A stretch of DNA of 64,000 nucleotides from Abditibacteriaceae bacterium (GCA_965277285.1 OZ255721.1:1984001-2048000), one strand, 5' to 3'; numbered from the stretch's first letter, positions 41,509-51,548 are shown. A program made the numbers and translations. The notes: generated from the sequence alone by a model not told the origin.

Positions 41509-41585
41509 GTAGGGGCGTCAGCTTGCTGCGCCCGCGTTCAAGAATCGATTCCTCAATAACGGGCGCAGCAAGCTGACGCCCCTAC
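41509..41585. repeat. GTAG-type REP inverted pair, family B
   Basis: GTAGGGGCGTCAGCTTGCTGCGCCCG ... CGGGCGCAGCAAGCTGACGCCCCTAC; a single relative at 32081-32105. Confidence 0.87.
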
Positions 41586-41603
41586 AAAAGGATATGCGCG
41601 ATT

Positions 41604-42800
41604 TCAAGTGCTGGCATTTTGATGTGCCTCAATCGTGGCGCGATAAAGTTCGAGAAGTGCATCGGCGCTGTGATGCTGCGAAAGAGATGGAGAAAGTTCG
41701 CGCGCTTTTTGGCCCATCGAAGCGCGCAATTGAGGATTGGAAAGCAGGTTGCAAACGGCGTCGCGGAAAGCGGCTTCTTGCGGCGAAACGACGATTCCGT
41801 TGACGCCGTTGGTGATGGCTTCGGCTGCGCCCATCGCGCCGACGACGACGCACGGCAAACCCGCCGCGAGAGCTTCAGCGGTTGAAACGCCCTGTGTTTC
41901 TGTCCGCGATGCGAAGACGAACAGGTCGCTGGCGGCGTAATAATCGGGCGTTTTTTCGGGTTCGACAAAGCCGGTAAAAAGTGTTTTATCGGCGATGCCC
42001 AGAGCGTGCGCGGTTTCTCGCATGGCGTCAATATCGGCGCCGTTGCCGACCATCACGAGGCGCGTTCGAGTACTCGATTGGCGTAGAATCGGCGCCAAGC
42101 TGCGCATTAGAAACTCGAGGTTTTTTTCGCGCACAATGCGCCCGACATACAACATCACGACTTCGTCATCAGCGATTTTTAATTGTTGTCGAAGGCCGTT
42201 TCGATTGCCTTTGGCAAAGCGCGCGACATCAATTCCCGTTGGCACAATGCTGCGCGGAATGTCGGGCGCCAGGCGCGCCACAACTTGCGCGACGGGACGA
42301 CTGGGCGCGATGATGTGATTGCATAAGTGACAATATTGGCGCACCCACCACACGATGTAAGAACGCGTCCACGCGCTGGGAGCCGGAACATAATGCAAGT
42401 AGCGATGGTAAAGCGTGTGAAAAGTAAAAACGATGGGAACTTTGTTGCTGCGCGACCAACGTGCGCCGACAGTGCCAATCGTGAACGGCGAATGCGAATG
42501 CACGATGTCATATTTGGCGCGACGAAAACGAAGGCCAGTGCGCACATTGGCGCGCGTCAAAAGCGGCCACGCAACGGGAAAATCTTTGGCCAGGAACCAG
42601 TGACCGGCGGCGAAGCGAATCACGTTTGGATCGTGTTCTTCGTAGCCTGTGTAGCGCGGCGCATAAATCGTGACGCGATGGCCGCGCGCGCGAAGTTCCT
42701 GCGCTGTAGTTTCGACGCTGACGGCGACACCGCTGCACGTCGGCTTATAAGCGTCACAAAAAAACGCGATGTTGAGAGGACGGGAAAGGTCTTGTGGCAC
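41604..42800 (-). CDS. GT4 glycosyltransferase (diacylglycerol glucosyltransferase-like)
   Basis: HSHSPF, TFHTLY, YVGRIVREKN and ETQG...EALAAGLP motifs. Confidence 0.9.
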   Translation of the reverse strand: MPQDLSRPLNIAFFCDAYKPTCSGVAVSVETTAQELRARGHRVTIYAPRYTGYEEHDPNVIRFAAGHWFLAKDFPVAWPLLTRANVRTGLRFRRAKYDIVHSHSPFTIGTVGARWSRSNKVPIVFTFHTLYHRYLHYVPAPSAWTRSYIVWWVRQYCHLCNHIIAPSRPVAQVVARLAPDIPRSIVPTGIDVARFAKGNRNGLRQQLKIADDEVVMLYVGRIVREKNLEFLMRSLAPILRQSSTRTRLVMVGNGADIDAMRETAHALGIADKTLFTGFVEPEKTPDYYAASDLFVFASRTETQGVSTAEALAAGLPCVVVGAMGAAEAITNGVNGIVVSPQEAAFRDAVCNLLSNPQLRASMGQKARELSPSLSQHHSADALLELYRATIEAHQNAST

Positions 42801-42832
42801 AATGAAGAAAGAATCGAGTACTGGAATTATGT

Positions 42833-42919
42833 AACGACCCCGAAGCGTAAACGACGGGCTTAACCTTTAAGCGTAATGTCGCTTTACGTTAAGCCCGTCG
42901 CTTACGCTTCGGGTTCGTT
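42833..42919. repeat. REP-like inverted pair, family A, copy 6 (contains the DUF192 gene stop)
   Basis: AACGACCCCGAAGCGTAAACGACGGGCTTAAC ... GTTAAGCCCGTCGCTTACGCTTCGGGTTCGTT. Confidence 0.87.
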
Positions 42920-43285
42920 GAGCGTTTCTTTAATTTCCAACTTATCGCCGATTTGAACGCCGCAACGCGCGACACTTCCGACGAACATTTCGAGTGCGGA
43001 ATGAGGTTTTCCCGCGTTGTTTTTGGCGACATACATCTGGCGCGGCGCGATGTTGTGGCGGATGTCGGTGACGACCATGTCTTTGGTGACAAAAACCACA
43101 TCCAGCGAAAACTTCATGCCGAACATATGAATCGACGGACACGGAACGATCAGCATTCCTTCGTCTTCGCCCAAACTTTGGCGCCCCGACAAACCGCGCA
43201 TTCGCGTAATTAAACCGTCTGCGATTTGACAACGTTCGCAAACAATGTTCTGGCGTGTTGTGTTGAAGATGTGCGCGGTTTTCAT
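42902..43285 (-). CDS. DUF192 family protein
   Basis: RMRGLSGR...EGML...SIHMFGMKFSLDVVF motif. Confidence 0.88.
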   Translation of the reverse strand: MKTAHIFNTTRQNIVCERCQIADGLITRMRGLSGRQSLGEDEGMLIVPCPSIHMFGMKFSLDVVFVTKDMVVTDIRHNIAPRQMYVAKNNAGKPHSALEMFVGSVARCGVQIGDKLEIKETLNEPEA

Positions 43286-43315
43286 TTCGTGAGTATTTAT
43301 TGCGGGAATTCTCTT

Positions 43316-43795
43316 CTAATTGTGCTTTTTAGTGCTTTTACGTTTCTGAAGAAGGTATTTCATCAAGGTCTCGTTGTACGGCTCCATGTAAAGGCGCGCC
43401 ACCTTTTGCAATCTATCAGATAAGTCTTCGGTTAGAACATCGTTAGAACCCTTCAGCATTTTGATACCGGCACTGCGCCTCAGCACATAACGCATTTTCT
43501 TTTCCGAAACGCCCGGCAAATACAAACCGACGCCATTGTATCCAACAAAACGCGTATCACCTTTGCGGAGATCTGTGCGCAAATCAACCATCGGGTTAGC
43601 TTTTTCCAAGATGCTTAATGATTGGCTAAGGGCGAGAAGCCGCTCCTTTTGAGATGAATAAGAGTCAACTTGGCGCTCGCCTATCCACTGAGCTTTAGCC
43701 GTTTGTTGCACTGCCGTTGTTACTATCATCAACAAAATAGGTAAAAAGAAAGCAGCGATTCTTCTACATAAAGCGGACTTCAAAGTTTTTGTCAT
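43316..43795 (-). CDS. Hypothetical exported protein, AT-rich
   Basis: Signal-peptide-like N-terminus ending AKA; composition differs from neighbours. Confidence 0.55.
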   Translation of the reverse strand: MTKTLKSALCRRIAAFFLPILLMIVTTAVQQTAKAQWIGERQVDSYSSQKERLLALSQSLSILEKANPMVDLRTDLRKGDTRFVGYNGVGLYLPGVSEKKMRYVLRRSAGIKMLKGSNDVLTEDLSDRLQKVARLYMEPYNETLMKYLLQKRKSTKKHN

Positions 43796-43802
43796 TTCTT
43801 CC

Positions 43803-44429
43803 TTACCGCACATAAAACTCGTCGCCGCCTGCATCCAAGTCGCAGCCAGGTGGAAGTTCGCCGGTTTCTTTGAGGTGTTCGTTGAGCGGCGTTTTCAAAA
43901 CTGATTCTCGGACTTTGACGGCTTCGGGCAAATTGTCGCGGCACCAATCGAGTACGCGATCTTCGTCCTGAATTTGAATAATCGGGCGTTTGCTGCGAAA
44001 ACCCAGCGTTCCATCAGGCAGTCTGAGCGTTTTTCGACCACCGTTGTTTTCGGCTGTCCATGCTTCGAGTTCAGCTCCGAAACGTTCCAGGAAAAACTTT
44101 TCTTCGCGCGCTGCGGCGGCGAGTTCGGCTTGCGCCCAATCTTTGATGTGCTGCTGGCGCGCCCGAGCTTCGACGATTTTGCGGACGACCCAACTGGCAT
44201 CGCTGGCATCTCGAATGACGAAATTGTGCTTGTCTGGCGGCAACAATTCGCCCGCTAACTCTTCCTCGTCTTCCGCTATTGGCGCGACGATTTCATCGTC
44301 TTGTGGCGCGCTATTTCGCGGCGCGACAGCGGTCGTTTTTCGCTCTTGGAAGGAACGAAACGTTGGGCGCGCTTCGTCAGCAAAAGGATCGTCGTCCCAC
44401 AAATCTTCGGGCGTGCTCATGGCATTCAT
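43803..44429 (-). CDS. Phage Mu Gam-like / host-nuclease-inhibitor-family protein
   Basis: ASWVVRKI...IKDWAQAE coiled coil followed by KTLRLPDGTLGFR; recognised by eye, not by search. Confidence 0.65.
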   Translation of the reverse strand: MNAMSTPEDLWDDDPFADEARPTFRSFQERKTTAVAPRNSAPQDDEIVAPIAEDEEELAGELLPPDKHNFVIRDASDASWVVRKIVEARARQQHIKDWAQAELAAAAREEKFFLERFGAELEAWTAENNGGRKTLRLPDGTLGFRSKRPIIQIQDEDRVLDWCRDNLPEAVKVRESVLKTPLNEHLKETGELPPGCDLDAGGDEFYVR

Positions 44430-44499
44430 TTTAACGAACTTCGAGTACTCGAAACCTGAAAACAAAAAGCGAACACGCTAAATGTGTTCGCTTTTTCAA

Positions 44500-44570
44500 C
44501 AGAACCCCAAGCGTGAGCACGGGGCTGAAGTTATAGTTACGTCAGCCCCGTGCTCACGCTTGGGGTTCTG
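44500..44570. repeat. REP-like inverted pair, family A, copy 7
   Basis: CAGAACCCCAAGCGTGAGCACGGGGCTGA followed by its perfect inverse; a terminator-like hairpin is adjacent at 44464-44496. Confidence 0.88.
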
Positions 44571-44582
44571 AAAAGATGTCAT

Positions 44583-44957
44583 TCAATCGAACAGCGATTC
44601 TTCTTCGGGTTCGCCCCACGCGCGCAAATCGCCGTCATCAATGCAGGCGTGCGAAGATTGCATCTTCAAAAAGTTGTCGGAAAAACGCGAGCCGTCCGCG
44701 AAACTTAGCCAGTGCGCGCGTTCGCTTTCCGGCATTTTTTGCTGCAATTGGATCAACGAAACGTGAACGGTTTTTTCGTCCGGCGCGATACCGAAATCAA
44801 GCGACCACGAACTCGCCTTGACGCGCCCAACGGTGCGCGTGCGCTTCACTTCAACGCCTTTTTGCAGGTACGCATTGAGAACTGCGGCATCGAAAACGAT
44901 TTGCGCCAGGCCGAAATCGTTCAGTGCTTTTTTATAGAAAGTGGCTGTTGTGCTCAT
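44583..44957 (-). CDS. Hypothetical protein
   Basis: 124-aa ORF with typical codon use, downstream of the sulfurtransferase. Confidence 0.7.
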   Translation of the reverse strand: MSTTATFYKKALNDFGLAQIVFDAAVLNAYLQKGVEVKRTRTVGRVKASSWSLDFGIAPDEKTVHVSLIQLQQKMPESERAHWLSFADGSRFSDNFLKMQSSHACIDDGDLRAWGEPEEESLFD

Positions 44958-45028
44958 AAGAAATCAAAATCAATGCGCCGCGCCAATCGAGTACTCAATT
45001 GACGCGGCGCTCATATTGGAGTGGGTTT

Positions 45029-45096
45029 GTAGGGGCGAGGTTTCCTCGTCCGTTCGTGCAAGTTCGGACAAGCGGGCTAGGTCGCCTCGCCCCTAC
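45029..45096. repeat. GTAG-type REP inverted pair, family B variant
   Basis: GTAGGGGCGAGGTTTCCTCGTCCG ... CGGGCTAGGTCGCCTCGCCCCTAC. Confidence 0.8.
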
Positions 45097-45120
45097 GGAC
45101 GCGTTTCGCCGAACTTTTGG

Positions 45121-45975
45121 TTACGGCTTTTCAATCGGCACGCCGACCATCGAGCCGTATTCCGTCCAGCTTCCGTCGTAGTTTTTGCAGTTGCCAAAGC
45201 CCAGCAAATAGTGCAGCACGAACCACGTATGGCTCGATCGCTCACCGATGCGGCAATAAGCGATAACCGGCTTCGAGTTGTCGATGCCTTTGGCGCCATA
45301 CAAAGTGCGCAAGGCGTCGGCATCCTTGAACGTGCCATCTTCGTTCACGGCTTGCGCCCACGGAATGTTCTTCGCGCCCGGAACGTGCCCGCCGCGCTGC
45401 GCGGTTTCGGTCATGCCCGGCGGCGCGATCACTTCGCCAGTAAATTCGGCAGGAGAACGCACATCGACCAGGTTGTAGCCCGTTTTTTCGATGTTGGCGA
45501 CGACTTCGGTCACGTTCGAGCGCAAGCTCAAATCGGCGTCTTTGGCGTAATACGCGGCGGCTTGCGGATGCTCTTCCTGCGTCGTCAATTCGCCGTTGAT
45601 GGCGAGCCATTTCTTGCGTCCGCCGTCCATCAGCCGCACATCTTCGTGGCCGTAAATCTTCAAAATCCAGAAGGCAAAGGCTGCAAACCAGTTATTGTTG
45701 TCGCCATACAAAATGATGGTGTCGCTGTTGCTGATGCCGCTTTCACCCAGCAATTTTTCGAGCTGCGCTTTCGACGGAATATCGCGGCGAATGTTATCGT
45801 TGAGCTGTGATGTCCAGTTCCACGCGACCGCGCCCGGAATGTGACCTTCTTCGTAGGCGTTGGTGTCGACATCGACTTCAACCAGTTTGACGTTAGCGTC
45901 TTTGCGATGCGCTTCGACCCAATCGGCGTCCACCAAAACGGTGGCGTCCACGTAACCTTTTTCGGCAACTGCCAT
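45121..45975 (-). CDS. Tandem-rhodanese sulfurtransferase (CysA/SseA-like)
   Basis: GHIPGA, YCRIGERS and YDGSWTEY motifs. Confidence 0.95.
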   Translation of the reverse strand: MAVAEKGYVDATVLVDADWVEAHRKDANVKLVEVDVDTNAYEEGHIPGAVAWNWTSQLNDNIRRDIPSKAQLEKLLGESGISNSDTIILYGDNNNWFAAFAFWILKIYGHEDVRLMDGGRKKWLAINGELTTQEEHPQAAAYYAKDADLSLRSNVTEVVANIEKTGYNLVDVRSPAEFTGEVIAPPGMTETAQRGGHVPGAKNIPWAQAVNEDGTFKDADALRTLYGAKGIDNSKPVIAYCRIGERSSHTWFVLHYLLGFGNCKNYDGSWTEYGSMVGVPIEKP

Positions 45976-46223
45976 GATCTTTGTCCTCGCTTTTCAGTTG
46001 TTGACGTTCTTCAGTGCATCGGCAATTATAGCGCGACTTTTCACCTCGCGCAACCAAACCCTACCCACGCGATAGAGTTTGTACGTTCGAGTACTCGATT
46101 GGTTACAAAAACGTTGACGCAGCGACACTGGCGCAATGATTGCAATGTGCAGCGCCTCGCTTTCTGGTATTGAACTCGATCCCCAACGCGACGTTGTAAG
46201 CCGCTGTCTCTGGAGGAATATTT

Positions 46224-47441
46224 ATGAACACCAAACACCGCCGTTCTTCGTTATTTGCGCCATTCGCCGCAGGAATCTTCGCATTTGCATTGACCAACGT
46301 TCAACCGGCGCGCGCCGATGTTTCGGTGCAGCAAGAAATTCAGATGGGTCAGCAAGTCGCGGCTGAGGCGCCAAAACAATATGGCCCCGCGTTGCCGTAC
46401 AACAACCCGATTTCGCGTCGTGTGCGCATGATCGGAATGCAAATCGCGGCATTGTCGGAGCGAAAAAACATTCCGTTTTCTTATACAGTTTTGCAGAACG
46501 ACAAGATTTTGAACGCTTTCTCTGCACCTGGCGGCCCGGTTTTCGTGACCACAAAGTTGGTTTCCACGACGTCCAACGATGCGGAACTGGCGTATGTTTT
46601 GGGACATGAAACCGGTCACATTGACCGCCGCCACGTTGTGAAACAGTTGCAAAAACAGCAGCAGTTGGGCATCTTTGGCGCGATTGCGGGCGCTTTGTTC
46701 GGTCGCGCCGGACAAATCGGCGGCAGTCTTTTCGGGTCTTTGGAAAACCTCAAGTTTTCGCGCGCCGATGAAAATCAGGCGGATGCGGTCGGCGTTCGTT
46801 TTATGAGCCGCCTGGGTTACGACCCGCGCGCCGCCTTGACGATGCTGGCCAAACTGGGCAACGGCGGCGGCCCCGAGTTTTTGTCCGATCATCCGGCGAC
46901 CAATTCGCGCATTCAAACCGTGCGCCAATTGATTCAAAACGAAAACTTGGTCGAAGTCGCGCGCCGCGCCGGTGGTCCTCGACTTTCCGCTAATCTCGAT
47001 TATGGTTCGGGCAACTCTTATCCAGGTTCGAGCAGTTCAACCAACAACTCGTATCCCAACAATTCTGGCAACACGCAAAGTGGATCAATTGACTTGGGCG
47101 CGCCGTTGCGCACGAACTACAATCCGCAGACCAACAAAAACGTCGTGATGGCGCCGGTTCAAGGTTTCGCAAGCTGGGCGGGCGCACAGGTTTCCACTTC
47201 CGGCAACGCGATTGTGTTTCAAGGCAACAACGGCACACTGCGCCTTTATCGCAATTCGGATGTCGCCGATTTGAACGGCCAGCGCATTCAACTTCCCGTG
47301 CGAACGATGACTTCCAACGGCGTTTTCTACGCGCCGATGCGCACTTTGGCGAACGCGGCGGGCGCCACGGCGACCATTCAAGGCAACAACGTTTCGCTGC
47401 AAATGCCCGGTCAGCAAAGCGGAACTTTACCGCTTCCGTGA
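46224..47441 (+). CDS. M48 family metallopeptidase with a C-terminal copper-amine-oxidase-N-like domain
   Basis: Signal peptide; NAFSAPGG, HETGH, FSRADENQAD and FLSDHP motifs. Confidence 0.9.
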   Translation: MNTKHRRSSLFAPFAAGIFAFALTNVQPARADVSVQQEIQMGQQVAAEAPKQYGPALPYNNPISRRVRMIGMQIAALSERKNIPFSYTVLQNDKILNAFSAPGGPVFVTTKLVSTTSNDAELAYVLGHETGHIDRRHVVKQLQKQQQLGIFGAIAGALFGRAGQIGGSLFGSLENLKFSRADENQADAVGVRFMSRLGYDPRAALTMLAKLGNGGGPEFLSDHPATNSRIQTVRQLIQNENLVEVARRAGGPRLSANLDYGSGNSYPGSSSSTNNSYPNNSGNTQSGSIDLGAPLRTNYNPQTNKNVVMAPVQGFASWAGAQVSTSGNAIVFQGNNGTLRLYRNSDVADLNGQRIQLPVRTMTSNGVFYAPMRTLANAAGATATIQGNNVSLQMPGQQSGTLPLP

Positions 47442-47462
47442 ATCGAGTACGCGATTGTTAAA

Positions 47463-47494
47463 AAAAGCCTGCAACGATTTTGTTGCAGGCTTTT
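47463..47494 (+). terminator. Intrinsic terminator
   Basis: AAAAGCCTGCAAC-loop-GTTGCAGGCTTTT after the M48 gene. Confidence 0.8.
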
Positions 47495-47507
47495 CGTTTG
47501 TCAAGGT

Positions 47508-47536
47508 TTGACAAGGCGCGGCGTCCGCGTTATAGT
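47508..47536 (+). promoter_or_regulatory. Sigma-70 promoter of the btuB leader
   Basis: TTGACA-17 nt-TATAGT immediately upstream of the riboswitch. Confidence 0.8.
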
Positions 47537-47550
47537 TGCTGGACAATTTG

Positions 47551-47745
47551 GCGCAAATGGTATGAAATGATTTTTCGCTTGAAACTTCATTTCGGGAAGA
47601 CCGAGACAATTCGAGTACTCGATTGTTGAAGGCACGGCCCCGCCACTGTAATCGCGGACGACGCTCACCATGTCACTGGACTGAAAACAGTCTGGGAAGA
47701 CGAGCGAAGGATGAAGCGAAAGTCAGGAGACCGACCATTTGACGC
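47551..47745 (+). ncRNA. Cobalamin riboswitch
   Basis: GGGAA, CCCCGCCACTGTAA, CACTGG...TGGGAAG and B12 box AGTCAGGAGACC; CAAATGGT pairs with ACCATTTG; upstream of a BtuB-like receptor. Confidence 0.9.
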
Positions 47746-47915
47746 GAACACACACGCTCTTCGAGGGAAAGGGGTGAAGCGAATGTCTTCGTGACAGCGC
47801 GCGTTTTCGCCTGCCTTTCTCAAGGTTCACCCGAAAAGCGCGACGTTGCTTGTCTTCATTCCGTTTTCACCCTGGCTCACGTTGAGTCGGGATTTTTGTT
47901 TTTTCGAGGAAACGA

Positions 47916-49856
47916 ATGAAGAAAACGCTTATCGTCGCACCGCTTTTATTTTGCGCCGCAAATATCGCGCACGCGCAATCGAGTACTGGAAACACAACTT
48001 CAGACGCCACAACGAACACAGCACCAAACGCAGCGCCAAGTGCGACATCAACCGCAACGGCGGATGCAACCGCTTCCGCATCTCCGACGCCTGCCGAAAC
48101 CGTGATTGTCGTGACGGCGACGCGCACAACGCGCACGCTCGCGCAGACGACTTCGGCAGTCACCGTGATTACTCGCCAGCAAATTGAGGCGAAGAAGCCG
48201 CTCGATTTAGTGGACGCAATTCGCCTGGCGCCTGGCGTTTCGATTTCGCAAAGCGGCACGCAGGGCAAAACCGCTTCGATTTTCATGCGTGGCACCAATT
48301 CCAATCAAACGCTGGTTTTGATTGACGGCGTGCGCGCCAATTCTCCCGCCGACGGACGTTTCGATTTCGGCACGATTCCCGTCGAAAACATCGAGCGCAT
48401 CGAAATTGTGCGCGGCCCGCAAAGCGCGCTTTACGGTTCGGATGCGCTGGGCGGCGTCATCAATATCATCACGCGCAAAGGAACCGGCGACTTTCAAAGC
48501 GGCGCACGCCTGGAACTGGGTTCGCAGCGCACCAACAAACAAGTCGTCACGGCACATGGCGATGCGGGAAATGGAACGGGCGTTAGTTTTTCGCTAACGC
48601 GATTGGACACGCGCGGCTTTTTCAAAAACGACGATTACCGCAATCTGGGCGCGTCGCTGCGGCTGGATAAAGCGTTGACAACGAACTCCAACCTCAGTTT
48701 CACGCTGCGCACGGATGACGCGAAAACCGGCACGCCAGGACAGATCTACTTCAACTTCGACCCCAATGCGCGCACCGATTCGCGCGATCTGGAAAGCAGC
48801 CTGCAGTTCAATAATCGCAGCGGCAATCGCACCGACCGCGTCATTTTGGGCGCTTATGATCGTCACGTCGACTTCAACGATCCGCTGAATCCAGGACAGC
48901 CGTTTTCGACTTTCACCGATTCGCGCAATCGCAGCCGTGTCCTCACTTTGGATGCGCAAAGTTCGTTCGCTCAAGGCGCGCAAACCCTCACTTTCGGCGG
49001 CGAATTGCGGCGCGAAAACGCCAGCGTCAACTCAACTTCCACGTATGGCCCAACTGATTTTTCGCGCGCCACGAACACGCAGGCGCTTTTCGCGCAGGAC
49101 GAATATCGTCGCGGCGCTTTCGCTTTGGTGTCCGGCTTGCGCTATGAAAACAACTCGCAATTTGGCAACAATCTCAGCGGGCGTTTGTCGGGTTCTTACG
49201 ATTTGAACGCGCGCACCAAACTCAAAGCCTCGATTGGAACCGGTTTCAAGGCGCCCAGTTTCAACGATTTGTATTATCCAAATTATGGAAACCCGAACTT
49301 GCAGCCGGAGAAAAGTGTCGGCGGCGATCTGGGAATCGAGTACTCGACAACGCGCGGCGGCAGCCTGGAAGTGACGGCGTTTTACAATCGCCTGCGCAAC
49401 CTGATTACCGGCGTTTTCATTCCGCCGACGACCTTTGAAGCGGGCAACGTTGGGCGCGCCACCACGCAGGGAATCGAAATCGGTTTGCGCCAGCCGTTCG
49501 CCCAAAACTGGACTTTCGCGCTCAATCAAACGTTTCTCGATACGTCGTCCGCCATGCCGTTGTTGCGTCGTCCGAAGTTCAACACGACAGCCGATGTGAT
49601 TTATCGCAAGGACAAAATCAACTTCGATTTCGGCCTGATCGCGCAAGGTCATCGCTACGATATTTCGCCCACTTACGCGACGCAGCAATACGGCGGCTAC
49701 GCGCGCTTCGACCTGACAGCGGGCTACAGCATTCGTCCCCAAACGCAGATTTACGTGCGCGCACAAAACCTCTTCAATCGGCGTTATGAAGAAGTGGCGG
49801 GCTTTCCTTCGCCGCGCTTCAACTTCGTCATCGGCCTGCAAACCGGCGTGTTTTAG
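47916..49856 (+). CDS. btuB: TonB-dependent receptor, probably for cobalamin
   Basis: VVTATR TonB box, plug motif IERIEIVRGPQSALYGSDALGGVINII, terminal Phe; under a B12 riboswitch. Confidence 0.9.
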   Translation: MKKTLIVAPLLFCAANIAHAQSSTGNTTSDATTNTAPNAAPSATSTATADATASASPTPAETVIVVTATRTTRTLAQTTSAVTVITRQQIEAKKPLDLVDAIRLAPGVSISQSGTQGKTASIFMRGTNSNQTLVLIDGVRANSPADGRFDFGTIPVENIERIEIVRGPQSALYGSDALGGVINIITRKGTGDFQSGARLELGSQRTNKQVVTAHGDAGNGTGVSFSLTRLDTRGFFKNDDYRNLGASLRLDKALTTNSNLSFTLRTDDAKTGTPGQIYFNFDPNARTDSRDLESSLQFNNRSGNRTDRVILGAYDRHVDFNDPLNPGQPFSTFTDSRNRSRVLTLDAQSSFAQGAQTLTFGGELRRENASVNSTSTYGPTDFSRATNTQALFAQDEYRRGAFALVSGLRYENNSQFGNNLSGRLSGSYDLNARTKLKASIGTGFKAPSFNDLYYPNYGNPNLQPEKSVGGDLGIEYSTTRGGSLEVTAFYNRLRNLITGVFIPPTTFEAGNVGRATTQGIEIGLRQPFAQNWTFALNQTFLDTSSAMPLLRRPKFNTTADVIYRKDKINFDFGLIAQGHRYDISPTYATQQYGGYARFDLTAGYSIRPQTQIYVRAQNLFNRRYEEVAGFPSPRFNFVIGLQTGVF

Positions 49857-49886
49857 TCCGTCGGCAGGAATCAGTTCGAGTAGTCG

Positions 49887-49974
49887 AAACTAAAAGTTTG
49901 TCATTCTGAGCGAAACGAAGAATCTAACTTTAGGCCAGATTCTTCGCTGCGCTCAGAATGACAAACTTTAGTTT
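49887..49974. repeat. REP inverted pair, family C
   Basis: GTCATTCTGAGCGAAACGAAGAATCT ... AGATTCTTCGCTGCGCTCAGAATGAC; same family as 14321-14382. Confidence 0.88.
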
Positions 49975-50004
49975 TGGGCGTAAATCAAGATTTCAAGGAA
50001 ACTT

Positions 50005-50625
50005 ATGAGCATTGCGACCAAACAAGGCGACGGCGGCATGACGCGCTTGATTTATGGCGAGCGCGTTTCCAAAGCCGCTTTGCAAGTCGAAGCCTACGGC
50101 ACAATCGACGAATTGAACGCGTTTTTAGGTTTGGCGCGTTCTCTGTGCGATGACGAATGGATCAATCGAGTACTCGAACGCGTGCAGCGCGAAACCTTTG
50201 TCGTGGGCGCCGAACTCGCCACGCCCGCCGAAAAACTGTACAAACTTCAGGCGCGCGTCGATGGCGCGATGATTAAGGCGCTTGACGATCACGTTCAGGA
50301 AATCGAAGCTTTGCCCAATGTTCTGGGCGATTGGGCTTTGCCTGGCGCGACGCAAGCCGGCGCTGCTCTGGACGTGGCGCGCGTCGTTTGTCGTCGGGCG
50401 GAACGCTGCGCCGTGCGCTTGAGCGAAAACGGCGAACTTCCCAACAGCGAAGTCGTGCGCTATCTCAACCGCTTGTCCGATGTTTTGTGGCTGCTCGGTC
50501 GCCGCTACGAAATCGCGCGCGACGTAAATGGCGCCTTGCGTCCAGAAAAAGCCACTCGCAAATCGAGCGATGCGGCTTCGACCGACGCTCACAAAGAAAG
50601 TGCTCCGGGTTCAAACGAAGACTGA
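50005..50625 (+). CDS. PduO-type cob(I)alamin adenosyltransferase
   Basis: TKQGDGG, AYGTIDELNA, RVVCRRAER and YLNRLSD motifs. Confidence 0.94.
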   Translation: MSIATKQGDGGMTRLIYGERVSKAALQVEAYGTIDELNAFLGLARSLCDDEWINRVLERVQRETFVVGAELATPAEKLYKLQARVDGAMIKALDDHVQEIEALPNVLGDWALPGATQAGAALDVARVVCRRAERCAVRLSENGELPNSEVVRYLNRLSDVLWLLGRRYEIARDVNGALRPEKATRKSSDAASTDAHKESAPGSNED

Positions 50626-50729
50626 CTTTCGAGTACTCGATTGTGACGCTCTAAAGATTCGGCGTGCCGGAAAGCGCTCATCTTTTTATACTCAGCGGCA
50701 ACCTTCTCGAATTCTCTGTTGGGAGCGAT

Positions 50730-51464
50730 ATGAAATTACACGGTAAAACAGCGGTTGTAACGGGCGCCAGTCGCGGCATCGGGCGCGGCATTGCGTTGCG
50801 TTTGGCTCAAGACGGCGCGCGTGTCGTGGTGCATTATAAAGGCAACAAAGACGCCGCCGATGAAGTCGTTCAGGAAATTGCGAACACTGGCGGACAGGCG
50901 ATTGCTTTGAGTTGCGACCTGGCCGACACGACCGAAGTTCGGCGAATGTTTTCGCAAATCGAAGCCGAATGGAAGACGATTGATATTCTGGTCAACAACG
51001 CGGGCTGGGCCGAGTTTCGAGTACTCGATGAAGCCGACGAAGACCATTTCGACGCGATTTTCGATTTGAACGTGCGCGGCCTTTTTTTCGCCACGCAAGA
51101 AGCCGCCAAAATCCTCAACGACAACGGTCGCATCGTCAACATTTCGAGCGGCATCACGCGTGCCAATTCCGGGACAGGCGCGGTTTACGCGGGTTCAAAA
51201 GCCGCCGTCGAAGCATTCACGCGCTGCTGGAGTGAAGATTTGGGCAAGCGCGGCATTACGGTCAACACGGTTTCGCCGGGCATGGTCGAAACCGATTTGC
51301 TGATGAGCGTGACGCCCAAAGAAAACCTGGAAAACATGGCGAAGATGTCGCCTTTTGGCCGTTTGGGACAACCCGCCGACATCGCCGATGTTGTCGCCTT
51401 TTTGTGCAGCGACGACGCGCGCTGGATCACGGCGAATAACATTTTGGCGAACGGCGGCGTGTAA
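50730..51464 (+). CDS. Short-chain dehydrogenase/reductase
   Basis: TGASRGIG, NNAG and YAGSK motifs. Confidence 0.92.
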   Translation: MKLHGKTAVVTGASRGIGRGIALRLAQDGARVVVHYKGNKDAADEVVQEIANTGGQAIALSCDLADTTEVRRMFSQIEAEWKTIDILVNNAGWAEFRVLDEADEDHFDAIFDLNVRGLFFATQEAAKILNDNGRIVNISSGITRANSGTGAVYAGSKAAVEAFTRCWSEDLGKRGITVNTVSPGMVETDLLMSVTPKENLENMAKMSPFGRLGQPADIADVVAFLCSDDARWITANNILANGGV

Positions 51465-51548
51465 TAGTTGGGGATTGGCGCGCCAAGCCCGTACATCAAA
51501 CGTCTTCGCATTCGAGTACTCGGTATTGCACAAACAAACCATTTTTCA

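Noticed and set aside
43316..44429. Prophage remnant
   Set aside because: Only one phage-like gene is present, with no structural, integrase or lysis genes nearby.
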